NCBI GenBank assembly: GCA_963705255.1
Contig: OY970061.1
Location: 256,001-320,000, forward strand
From: an uncultured Methanoregulaceae archaeon
GTDB taxonomy: Archaea; Halobacteriota; Methanomicrobia; Methanomicrobiales; Methanospirillaceae
Direction of reading: 5' to 3'
Length of the DNA: 64,000 nucleotides
Of this stretch, positions 52,235-62,662 are shown in pieces (position 1 is the stretch's first letter; every line of letters begins with the position of its first letter). A program made the position numbers and the translations under genes. The notes under the pieces were generated by a model that saw only the letters and a program-made list of their open reading frames with translations, searched no databases and was not told where the DNA came from.

Positions 52235-52787
52235 AGGCTCCGCTTATCATGATCTTCTCTTCCTGCATTACATTCCTTACGAATGGATCCTTGTCCTTCT
52301 TCCGCTTTGTAAATTCCCGGGCGGTCATGAGCGTGTAATTGATCTCCCGGCCGGTGGCACGCTCGCAGGAATGGATGATGGGGATGAGCCGATCCTCCTC
52401 CACCGTTCCCACGATGAAGAGGTCGATGTCGCTTTTTTCACCGGCGGTCCCCTTTGCAAACGACCCATAGATGAAGACGCACGTGATCTCCTCACCGGCA
52501 ATGGCGTCCCTGATGATGCCGGCAACCCCTTCTGTCTTCAGCACGATCTTCTGGAGATCAGGATACAGGAAATGGCCGGTATTGACCGTGTAATACTGCT
52601 GGTTTCCTTTCTTCTGACCGGTAATGAGGCCGAAGGATTCGAGGTTTGCGAGCTCCCGGCGCACCGCATTGATATTCTCGGATGTCGTGCGGACGATCTC
52701 GCGGATGTAGAATTCGCTCCCCGGGTTGAGCAGGAAGAGCATGAGGAGCTTCACCCGGGTTTTTGATGAGATGAGCGCTTCCAGCAT
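52224..52787 (-). CDS. wHTH + minimal nucleotidyltransferase (MNT) antitoxin
   Basis: N-terminal HTH (YIREI..NAVRREL); IYGSFAKG...SDIDL. Confidence 0.9.
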   Translation of the reverse strand: MLEALISSKTRVKLLMLFLLNPGSEFYIREIVRTTSENINAVRRELANLESFGLITGQKKGNQQYYTVNTGHFLYPDLQKIVLKTEGVAGIIRDAIAGEEITCVFIYGSFAKGTAGEKSDIDLFIVGTVEEDRLIPIIHSCERATGREINYTLMTAREFTKRKKDKDPFVRNVMQEEKIMISGACDD

Positions 52788-52869
52788 GAATACATAATGT
52801 ATTCAATTGAGTAAAAAATGTATTCATTGCCCGATTCATGTCCCGGTACTTATGAGCGGTTTTCCCCTT

Positions 52870-53355
52870 TTTCACGCTCCCATCTTCCCAGGCAGCAATC
52901 GCGGCCCAGTCGCGGAAGTTGCCGACCGGGGATTTTACTTTCTTCGTGATCCACTTCTGGAACCACGAGAGTTTTTCCGGGTCCAGCCGGCGGCGAACAC
53001 GGTCCGGGCAACCGGCTGGAGCGGGGCGAGGGATGCATGGAGTGCCTTCTCCGCGTTTGCCATCGCTGCCGGGTCCTTCGAGACCGCCGCAAGGCCCACG
53101 GTGAACGCGGCGACCGGCACCTTCGCCAGACTATCGCGGTGCCGTTTCACGAACTTCCCGACATCCCCGACCCATCCTTCCCATGTACATCGGCCCACCG
53201 ATGACGACCGCGTGGTAGCCCGCGAGCGATGCGACGGTCGCCACCTCCGCGACATCTGCAGCGTGGCCGGCGGCCTGCAGTTCCTTTCCTATCGCCTGCG
53301 CAATCTCAGCGGTCGATCCGTTCTTCGATGCGTAGGCTATGAGGATGTGGGACAT
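52870..53355 (-). pseudogene. flavodoxin copy 3, near full length but frameshifted with an altered 3' end
   Basis: MSHILIAYASKNGSTAEIA... continues across ORFs 53131-53355 and 52935-53255. Confidence 0.8.
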
Positions 53356-53585
53356 GGTTTTTCACTTAATTGAAAATTGTGTGTTGGAGGGGATAAGGGT
53401 GGGGGGGTGTTGGAAAATAAATTGTGTTAACGATTCATGTTGAAATCATGTTGAAAAAATGTCGCGAGGTAGTCCTATGACTATGGAAAAACACTGGATA
53501 ACTCATAACTCAATAATCACTTTCACGCAACTCAAACTGAATAACTAAATTAAGTGACGTATCCAATAGATCCTGAGGTTGGGTA

Positions 53586-54624
53586 TTGAGTCCAAAAGAG
53601 ATCTTTTTTCAAAATGATCGGGTTCTTATTATAAATGATAGTATTTTCGAAACCAAACTTATCAAACCCGACTCTGTTGATCTGGTTGTGACATCGCCCC
53701 CCTATAATGTTGATATCAAATATAATTCGCACGATGATCAGATATCTTACGAAAAATACAAAGAGTTCAGTAAAGACTGGATGACCTGCTGCTACAAGTG
53801 GCTCAAAGATGATGGAAGATTCTGTCTGAATATACCTCTCGATAAAAATAAAGGTGGCCAGCAGAGTGTTGGTGCCGATTTAACAACGATTGCAAAAAAG
53901 ATCGGTTTTAATTATCATTCTACTATCATCTGGAATGAAGGAAATATTTCACGACGGACTGCCTGGGGTTCATGGTTGAGTGCTTCTGCACCCTACGTGA
54001 TTGCACCCGTTGAATTAATTGTCATTTTGTACAAAAAATACCTGGAAGAAGACAAGCGGTTCTCAAGAATCAGATATTTTACGACAGGATTTTTTGGATT
54101 GGACCAATGGGCTCTGGTCTTTTAGCGGAGAGAGTAAAAAGAAAATCGGACACCCTGCACCGTTCCCTGTCGAATTGCCAAAGCGATGTATGAAATTATT
54201 CAGTTTCAAAGGAGATACGGTTTTAGATCCTTTCCTCGGAAGTGGAACAACCCTTGTTGCGTCTTACCTCAATGACCGGAAAGGAATTGGAATTGATATC
54301 GATCCTCACTATTGTCAGATTGCGCTTGATCGTCTGAAAAAAGAAGGCGGAATGGGACAGACCAGCATCTCACAATACTTCACACAGCCCAAAACAAAAC
54401 CAAAAAGCAAGAAAACCGGCTTAACCCAAACGGATATTATTTTCCAATATTTCAAAGATCATCCATCACGATCCGTTACCTATGATGATGTCGGAGAATG
54501 GATCAAACAAGAGAGTGAAAAAAATTCTGTTATGGAAATCAAAGCTTTTGAAAAAATTATGAGGACTCTGGCAAAAGAAGGAAAAATTACCAAAATTGAC
54601 AAAGGCCTTTTCAAATACGAATAA
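53586..54624 (+). CDS. beta-class N4/N6 DNA methyltransferase with C-terminal wHTH; apparent frameshift at ~54035
   Basis: VTSPPYN, WNEGNISRRTAWGSW, HPAPFP, LDPFLGSGTT; split at an A6 run. Confidence 0.92.
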
Positions 54625-54734
54625 CCCGAATTGATTGCTACCCGGGCTTGTCTTTTTTCAATTAGGTTTATTTTAGTATAAATATAAACAAAGGTTTCTG
54701 ACAGAGTATTCATTCCACGAGATGGTGTCAAGCA

Positions 54735-55325
54735 ATGCCCGAACGAACTCAAAATCAGGAGCGCCAAGCATCCGTGAGCAGGGAAGGTGCAAAATTTGAA
54801 TTATATGTGAAAAATTCCTTGAATGATTCGTTTACCACTCAAAAGCAAAATATCCGAATATTGAATGGAAATGAAGTTTTCAAGGACCCGCATCTCAAAG
54901 ACCATTTTACAATACCTGTTCGGGGATTCAACAAGAACTGGGGTGATGTGGATCTCGTTGCAAAAGATCTTGACACCAATCATCCTATCGCATTAATTAG
55001 TTGTAAATTGAGTCTTCATGGACGGTTTTCTGAAACTCTTTTCTACTCGAAGATATATCGTGATAAAATACCTGATTTGAAAGTAGTTTTCGCAACACCG
55101 GATAAAGGAAGGCAGAGCCAACCCGGCATTTGGAAATCCGAATGGGGCACAACTCCAAACCCAACAAAAGATCGTGCTTTTGCGGAAACATTTCTCGATG
55201 GGGTTTACATTGATAATGAATATCGGATAAGTGAATGGGGATTAACTGGAGCGACCGTTCTTGGTGGAAAAATTAAGCCATTCGCTCAATTGGCCGGAGA
55301 TATTGAAAGTTGGAAAATTGTTTGA
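54735..55325 (+). CDS. putative type II restriction endonuclease (PD-(D/E)XK variant)
   Basis: GAKFE...GDVDLV...ISCKLSLHGR; directly downstream of the MTase. Confidence 0.75.
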   Translation: MPERTQNQERQASVSREGAKFELYVKNSLNDSFTTQKQNIRILNGNEVFKDPHLKDHFTIPVRGFNKNWGDVDLVAKDLDTNHPIALISCKLSLHGRFSETLFYSKIYRDKIPDLKVVFATPDKGRQSQPGIWKSEWGTTPNPTKDRAFAETFLDGVYIDNEYRISEWGLTGATVLGGKIKPFAQLAGDIESWKIV

Positions 55326-55447
55326 TAATCCATCTACAGACGAACATCTTATCAGTTTTTTAACCATTCTTCGAGTTCAGAATAACAATTTTTATTACCA
55401 AAATTTTTCAGAAATTATAATGTCATAGGAAACTCACAGTCAATGCA

Positions 55448-56323
55448 ATGGTAAATTTCGAAAACTGGTTTTTCAAATACAATACTTGGTCGTACAGCAA
55501 GCACCGGCTTTTTGATTTATGTAAAAGAAATTTTTATTACCGCTATATTGGGACTGCTCTAAAAGAGTCCACTGATTTCGATACTTATAAATTAAAACGG
55601 CTGAAGGACCTTAATTCAAAATATGCGTTAGAAGGACTATTGATCCATGGCGTTATCGAAAATCAGATTGGACAACATTACCTCGGAAGAGATCTGAACG
55701 AAGGTGGAGCAAAATCTCAGTTTGTCCAAAGAGTTGAGCAATACCGAAAAACGGCATGCGATATGATAACTGAATTTTTTAATGGACTTCCTAAAGATGA
55801 TGAATTCTTTGACAGAATTAGAGCCGAAGGCCAGGATAAAATTAGCATGTTTTTTGGTGTTATCTGGCCCCAATTAAAAGATCTCGAATACCTGAAACAT
55901 GAAGATTTTGACAAATTCAAAATCAACGACGTGGAAGTTACTGTCAAAGTGGATTATGTTAGCAAAACAAAAAATGATATAATTGTACTTACGGACTGGA
56001 AGACTGGCCAAGATAATGAAGAATATGAAAGTGATCTGCAGATTGGGACTTATGTACTCTGGGCGATGCAATATTATCAGAAAACGCCAATACAGATTCG
56101 AAATGAGCTTGCCTACTTGAAAACTGGCATGATGCGACAGACTGAATTCAACGACGAAGTTTTGGAAACAATTAGAAAAAAGATTGTCGACGATTTCGAG
56201 CAGATGAATTTGAATTATGAGATGAACAATTATCCTGCCTCTCCAGAACCTCGTAAATGCATTAGCTGCCAGTTTGGGACTGTTTGCCCGGAATCTAAGA
56301 TTAAAGATTATTTAAAAGGGTGA
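55448..56323 (+). CDS. Cas4/AddB-like PD-(D/E)XK nuclease with four-Cys Fe-S motif
   Basis: WSYSK...CKRNFYYRY, G.LIH, VKVDYV, LTDWKTG, Q...Y, CISCQFGTVC. Confidence 0.88.
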   Translation: MVNFENWFFKYNTWSYSKHRLFDLCKRNFYYRYIGTALKESTDFDTYKLKRLKDLNSKYALEGLLIHGVIENQIGQHYLGRDLNEGGAKSQFVQRVEQYRKTACDMITEFFNGLPKDDEFFDRIRAEGQDKISMFFGVIWPQLKDLEYLKHEDFDKFKINDVEVTVKVDYVSKTKNDIIVLTDWKTGQDNEEYESDLQIGTYVLWAMQYYQKTPIQIRNELAYLKTGMMRQTEFNDEVLETIRKKIVDDFEQMNLNYEMNNYPASPEPRKCISCQFGTVCPESKIKDYLKG

Positions 56324-56327
56324 TTTT

Positions 56328-58958
56328 GTGGATAAAAAAATGGAAATTTTGATCATATTTGCAAATATTTCTGAGAACAAGACCACAATCTCTTTAGACT
56401 CCTTGAGTAATATCCGACTTATTCTGAGTTTATTTCAAGAAGAAATAATCTCTGACGATGAATTCAATCAAGAACTTGAAAATCTTATTGAAGAGGGTTA
56501 TTTATCGAAATCTAGATCGGAAGAATTCGAAGTTACTCCACGTGGTCTCGACAATAGTCAAATCTATTGGAAGAACCCTTCTAGGCGAATCAGAGTATGA
56601 TCGATTAACACATTCTATTTTAGATTATACGAATTCCAAAGGAAAGCCTAAATATATTAGAATGCTTGGGGATCGCCTTAATAAACTTCAGCAGGCGAAA
56701 GCAAATAAGACGAGAAATGTTGATCCGAATTCCGTCCATCCGCTAGGAATTTTAATAAAAATTCAACACAATATAGAGCAACTTTTCACCAGCGAATTTA
56801 ATCTCATTGCTGATCATCTAAAAGATAATAAAATCTTTGAGAACGAAAAGAAAAACTTGCAAAACAAACTTTCTCGTCAGTATAACATTCCAATAATTGT
56901 TTTGCGATCTGGAAATACTCTTCTTGTAACAGGTCCGATCAGAATTGAATCGATTTCATTTTTCAACACAATTCTATCATCTGTAAAATGTTATCCGACT
57001 GAACGAAGGAAAATACCACAATGGAATAATGTAATTTTATATCATTTCGTTGAGAAAGCATTAAGAAAAATTGGGTTTTTACCTTCTGGACAATTTACCT
57101 TCACGAATTATTCAAACTGCAAACAGCATGAAGAAAACTCCGGTTATTTAGAATGTGATGCAATAAAATTGAGTTTCATCGACCTCAAGAACGACACGGT
57201 TTTTGTTTTCGTCGAATCATATCAGTCAATTCTTCATTCTTTACTTCAATTCATAGCTGTAAATTTAAAAAGTGGAACATCAAGAGATGCGATCATCGAT
57301 AAGATCAAAAAATTAAAATTGAGAGTAATTCCCTTTGGGAGGAGAATTAATTTTATAGATCTTGCCTGGGATAAAGATTTGAGTCATGAAAAAATCCCAG
57401 ATAGCATGAAAACATACTGTGAATACTGGGAAGACACACATGGGATTCTAATATCTCAAATAATTCAACCTATTATCATAACTCAAGCCTTCAACCGATC
57501 ATTATCCTATCCAGCCGAAATGATAAATATCGACAAACTTTCTATTGAACAGGCTTACGGGAATGTTCCAAAACGAAAGCCGAGATATGAGGACCTAGAT
57601 GAAAGATTTAATAAAATAAAATATCTCTCTAGTTTCAAGTCATATCGTGATGAAAATACAGAAAAATTTTTTAAATTGAATATTATCGAAAACTCTCCTT
57701 CTCTAAAAACGTTGATTGATCTAAACGGATTTAAAGGAACGGTTCAGATTTCACCACCATTATTGGAATTTTCAAGAGGGGCGTTTAGTATTGATCCTTT
57801 GGATGTCTTTAATCATGAATTTGGACCTGTTTGCGGGAAGAAAAATCTTGTAATCACTCATATCCTTACTCACGTGTCTATTAGTGACAGACAAATTGAT
57901 ATTTTCTGTGACGCAATAAGTCGAGCATTTAATATTTTTAATTTTGGCACAATAAGCAAGAATCCAGGAGCAAAAATAAAAAAATTCGATTCGATAACGA
58001 ACCTCAATGCTCTTGAAAATAAAGTCCGTGAATTTGAACCGTTAAACAATTCCAATGCAATTGGAATTGCAATAATTCCGGATGACTCGTCATTTTATTA
58101 CTCGTTAAAAAATATGTTTCCTGTCAAAACTGGTACGAGACTTCAAATTGTTAAAATGTCATCATTCGATAAAATAATTTCATCTAATTTTCCGGGTATG
58201 AAGCTTCTCAGCTCTAAATATTTTTATTAAAGCATTGAAAACAAATGAAGCCGTATGGACATTAGCAACATCTGCGGGGTCTCTCGAAAGAAAAATCCTT
58301 ATTCTTGGGTATTGGTTTCAGTCAAAATCCGTATGAAGGTAAAATCAGTAAATGCGCTACAGTGATGCATGACTCCCACGGAGCAAAAATAACTTGGAAA
58401 GTGTTTGCAACCCCCCAACAAAAAAGAACAATCGATGTAATTTGGTTTGATAATTTATTAACAAGAATCCACGATATCGTCGATTCTGAAAAACCATCTC
58501 GAATCGTTTGTTATCGAACTGGAGAATTGTTCCCAACGGAAATGGATGCCTTAAAAATTGCAATAAAAAAATGTCAATGGCTTGATTCGATAAAATTATC
58601 ATTTATTTCAATAATTGATGCATCGAATTGCCGGTTTTTCAAAAGAAATGATAGAAAGTTGAATCTACCGGCGGGATATGGAATAATAATTAATGACAAA
58701 GAAGCTTTTCTCTCCACATCAAATTATGATAGTCGTGGGTTGCGGCAGGGAACTGTGATGCCAGTTCGAATAAAAAATGAACTTGGTGATGATCTGATAA
58801 CAAATATCCTCATGGAATACCATGACCTGACCTACCTAAACTGGCAAACTCCATTTACTACTGCAAAACATCCACTGGTTGTAACAATTGCAAATCGCTT
58901 TGCGGAACTCACGAGAGAAGGAGTGCCCACGGAGAACACATTTTATTTGGATTTATGA
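56328..58958 (+). CDS. ago: long prokaryotic Argonaute, predicted catalytically inactive, apparent N-terminal wHTH; apparent frameshifts at ~56575, ~58209 and ~58280-58308
   Basis: PAZ TYCEYWEDTHGI...QPII...YPAE; MID YYSLK, LQIV, LNIFIK..VWTL; PIWI GIGFS, YRTG, QGTVMP, LTYLNW, HPLVVTIAN. Confidence 0.85.
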
Positions 58959-59912
58959 CGGTCACAGTAATTTCAGACGAAATAATATCAGCCTTGTCAA
59001 CTCTGGCACCCTCAATAGATCCAGCAAAAGCAAAATTGGAGATAGATCCAATTTCAATCGAATTCTCAAATTTTTTCAGCTGAACCTCTTGGATTAATCG
59101 TAATTGAATTTATCCAAGAAACCGTGAAAGATGGAAACTATTCATTTTTAATTCCAAATAAGTGTCCGGATAGAAAAGAGTTCGATAGAATAATTTATTC
59201 ATTGTACTCCCAAAAGAGACATGAAAAATTATCTTACTTGCTGGATATTTACCATTTTTTCTGGATTAAACACCCGGATATAGAAACAAGTGCATTATTC
59301 GATTCTCTAAAAAAAATCGAGGAATCGAGAACAATAATTTCGAAAAAAACTATTCTCAAAATTTGTTCAGAATGCTCATCAGATTCTCGCGATAATCCAT
59401 GTTGTAAATCGACAGATCGAAATCTCCTTGAAATTACGGATTGTTCATTACATGAAAATGTTGGGGCAGTTATCCGTTTCAACCAACATATGGAGATTTA
59501 TGTAAAAAACCAATTGAACAAATCAGGCATAAAAACAGTTGGTTGGGAAAAGGAACGATATGGAAAAGAAATCTGCACAAGTGTAACATATCATTGTGAC
59601 GGTGAACCAATTGAGATGGATACAATCGGTATCTCAACACCTCTTGCAGTATTATTAATCGAAGTAAAGACAGCGAAGAATACTTCCATGAATGAAATTA
59701 GAAAGACGGAAAATAAGTTTGAATCGATAATTTCCAAGATCAATAAGATCTCTAATCGAACAATCCCCTTTTTAAAAATTTTTGTTACGAGCGGCGAATT
59801 CGATCCGAATCTACCAATAAAAGCATACCAGAGAAAAAATTGGGATTTTATTGACAGATCAAAGGTTACGAAAATAAACGAAGAGTTTGAGAAAATTAAA
59901 AAATCACTTTAA
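58955..59912 (+). CDS. Argonaute-associated Zn-ribbon + PD-(D/E)XK (Mrr/NERD-like) nuclease; apparent frameshift at ~59075
   Basis: ATGA overlap with the ago stop; MTVTVISDE...; removing one T from a T-run joins ORF 59124-59912 (CSEC, EMDTIG...LIEVKT). Confidence 0.7.
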
Positions 59913-59960
59913 TTATTTGAGTTTGACACAGGTTACATTAAAAATTAATTTTATTGATCA

Positions 59961-61547
59961 TTAAATGTCGTAGACGCCTGAATCGGGGACAGAGAACTCG
60001 GCGTTTGCACCGTTATAAAATGAGATATCTTCGTCTTTGAGAATTTTGAAAAATGGATCTTCCTCAAGAATTTCTTCCGAAGCAATCAACCATCCCTTAT
60101 TCACGGCTTCATATGCTAATAGCCAATGATCATCATATAACTGTTCTTTAACTAAGAACTTCATCCAAATATTCTCGTTTAAATCATCTTTTATTAATCC
60201 GATATTTCTCATGTCCAACGCAATTAGGGCTACTATAGGATTGTCATTTTTCGAAAGAATTTCTGAAACATCATTTTCCATTACAAAATTCATTTCTTTT
60301 GCCAACCACAATGCCCAAGCGATTTCAAAATCATTTGAATATTTGCTATGGAACCGGATCAATTCAGAAATCGTCTCTCCAATTCTATCGATTTTTCCTT
60401 CATAATTAATATCTTTGAGACGCAACAAAATTTCTACAACGTTTGGAATGCACGAGCTTTGAACTTGCATCGATTTCAACAACAACGATTCAAATAATGG
60501 AATATTATCATCAAATATTTTTTTATTTCTAACGCGTATAATCCCATATTTTAAAACAAAATCGTCAGGAAATAATGCACAATACTCATTCACTCGACTG
60601 AAATAATTTATGAGATCCGTTTTTTGAGTTTTAATATTATTCGAAGAATTCTCAGGAATCCTAAAATTAAATTGTCGAATACCGGGTACCCATATGGGTT
60701 CCAATATGTGTGGGACTTCGCATATTTTTATTTTACTGGGGTTCACCTCTAATTCAAAATTTTTTAAAATTTTTTGTAATTTGGTGAGAGCTTCTTCGGC
60801 TACATATAAATCTTGAAAAAAAAGGAAATAATCGTCAATAATCCGAATTCCTTTTAATGGTTCATTCAATTGTTTTTCTAATTCAATATCTACTGCAGTA
60901 GCAATTATCTCCGCTACTATCACAGAAGAATCCGGTCCGATTGGAATCCCAATTGTCTGTCCGTCTCTAGTTCCTCTCAAACATCTATCAAGATCATTTC
61001 CAAAAAGAGATCGATTATTACGTTCACGTTTAGCAATTGCTTTGCCATGAAGTGCCCAAGCTATACTATGAGTATAGATTGTATCATAATACCTCGAAAT
61101 ATCCGCCCTCAACATATGTCTAAATTGGGTGGATCTTAAAGCAATTTCTTGCTCAAAATTTACCTTATCTTTAACAACATCGAAAGAACGTTTTTGTTTA
61201 TCTCTAATAATTGGAAAACAAGGTCTTGATATTGAGATAGGAGACTTTTTTACATGATCCTTTATTTTATCCCAATTTTTTTCAATATAATAACAAAGCA
61301 TCAATTGATAAAATGGGTTTGGAATTGTCAAATTTCGTCGAAGATTTTTAACTCTGGGAACTGAAAATAAACAACTTTTGGATCCTGGTATATTTTTTTT
61401 TGATTTTTTAGTCCATTGTTTAATAGATCTCTCTAATTCGCTCAAAGGTAACAAATTCATTTTTTCTGCAAGATCATTGGTTTGAAAAGGAGGTGGAACT
61501 TCAACGGGGAAATACCCCCAATTAATAAGATCCTTTGCTGTGAGCAT
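59961..61547 (-). CDS. AbiK-like (UG/Abi class 1) defence reverse transcriptase with helical C-terminus
   Basis: GYFP..PPPF, RR...IPNP, DISRYYDTIYTHSIAWA, GIPIGP, RIIDD, HWLLAYE. Confidence 0.88.
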   Translation of the reverse strand: MLTAKDLINWGYFPVEVPPPFQTNDLAEKMNLLPLSELERSIKQWTKKSKKNIPGSKSCLFSVPRVKNLRRNLTIPNPFYQLMLCYYIEKNWDKIKDHVKKSPISISRPCFPIIRDKQKRSFDVVKDKVNFEQEIALRSTQFRHMLRADISRYYDTIYTHSIAWALHGKAIAKRERNNRSLFGNDLDRCLRGTRDGQTIGIPIGPDSSVIVAEIIATAVDIELEKQLNEPLKGIRIIDDYFLFFQDLYVAEEALTKLQKILKNFELEVNPSKIKICEVPHILEPIWVPGIRQFNFRIPENSSNNIKTQKTDLINYFSRVNEYCALFPDDFVLKYGIIRVRNKKIFDDNIPLFESLLLKSMQVQSSCIPNVVEILLRLKDINYEGKIDRIGETISELIRFHSKYSNDFEIAWALWLAKEMNFVMENDVSEILSKNDNPIVALIALDMRNIGLIKDDLNENIWMKFLVKEQLYDDHWLLAYEAVNKGWLIASEEILEEDPFFKILKDEDISFYNGANAEFSVPDSGVYDI

Positions 61548-61652
61548 TAATGAGTATTCAAATCAAGCAAGGAAAATACTATCTTTTTTTATTTTGCTTT
61601 CAGTAATCAAACAGAGACCCATGTTGCTGTGATCCTCAAATCCCCGGAGAAA

Positions 61653-61910
61653 TTATTCCCCTTTCCCTTCAATAATCGCGATAACTTTCTTTCCGGTATC
61701 AGTTATCCGGTAATATCGGCCCGTGTGTTCATCCGGTGTCAGGCATTCAACGAGGCCCTTTTCGGTAAGTTCAATCATGACTCTGCTGATCGTAGAGCGG
61801 TCCATAACCAGTTGTTTGGCGAGATTCGTTGGCGAGTTGGGTTTATGAAGAGCTTTAAGCACCAGTCTCCTGGTCTTCCCTCTACCGACAAAACTCACAA
61901 GGTCAAACAT
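61653..61910 (-). CDS. small wHTH transcriptional regulator upstream of the RT
   Basis: SPTNLAKQL..DRSTISRV..EL.EKGLV...YRITDTG. Confidence 0.85.
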   Translation of the reverse strand: MFDLVSFVGRGKTRRLVLKALHKPNSPTNLAKQLVMDRSTISRVMIELTEKGLVECLTPDEHTGRYYRITDTGKKVIAIIEGKGE

Positions 61911-62060
61911 TTAATGAAAAATGGGGTGATTATTGTGATGAATTTGCGTAGTGATGATGTTGTACTGATGTGGTAAATTTTATCGCCTTCCCCGGCCAAT
62001 ACCTACTCCGGTGCCTGGTGAACATAAATCGAATAAATGTGGATGTGAAAATATCCCGGA

Positions 62061-62220
62061 GCGGTCACCCCCGGCTGTAAACTTTGTTCCGACCTGGAAC
62101 ATTGTCGCTCCGCAGGTGCTTCACCAGACACCGCATCGGGGAGATTCTTCGTCAAGGATCTCCCCAATTTTAGAGTAATTCGAAGAACTCCTACGAGTTC
62201 TTCTCATCCTCTCATAACCT
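62061..62220 (+). repeat. structured direct repeat, copy 1
   Basis: GCGGTCACCCCCGGCT...TGTTCCGA..GGAACA.TGTCGCTC...CCAGACACC shared with 63252-63435. Confidence 0.8.
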
Positions 62221-62662
62221 CATGGCTATGAGAGTGCTCCCAAATAACCCCGGTACGGCCCCGGATTCCCTGTTTTTCCGGAGACAGAGACAGTAATTCC
62301 GGAAAATGAGACAGTAATTCATGCATTTCCGGTCATTTTTACACCTGAAACCATGAGACGCTATTTGGGTGCATTTGGACACGAAAAAGAGGGTGGATCG
62401 GGTTTCAGCCCGTCTTTGCATATTTTCTGGAATGGAAGAGGCTTCCTGATGATTATGGGGGGTGTCGCGATTTTACGTCGGAGAAGGGATACCTTAAGAG
62501 TACTATCCCCCCGGCAGAGCCCCCTCCGGCGATCACCGGCGCAGGAGTGCCCTGCCACTCTCAACCGCGATGGCAAAAACACATGAGCCAATGTGAGTCC
62601 GGTCCCCACAACAGGCCGGGCAAAAAATGGAAAATAATCGGAAGATGTAAAATACGTTTTTG

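Noticed and set aside
55448-56323. Cas4 of a CRISPR adaptation module
   Set aside because: No other cas genes; longer AddB-like form; coupled to ago instead.
59961-61547. Group II intron or retron RT
   Set aside because: No maturase/HNH domain, no PQG motif, no retron NAxxH/VTG motifs seen; motifs match the Abi-type RTs.
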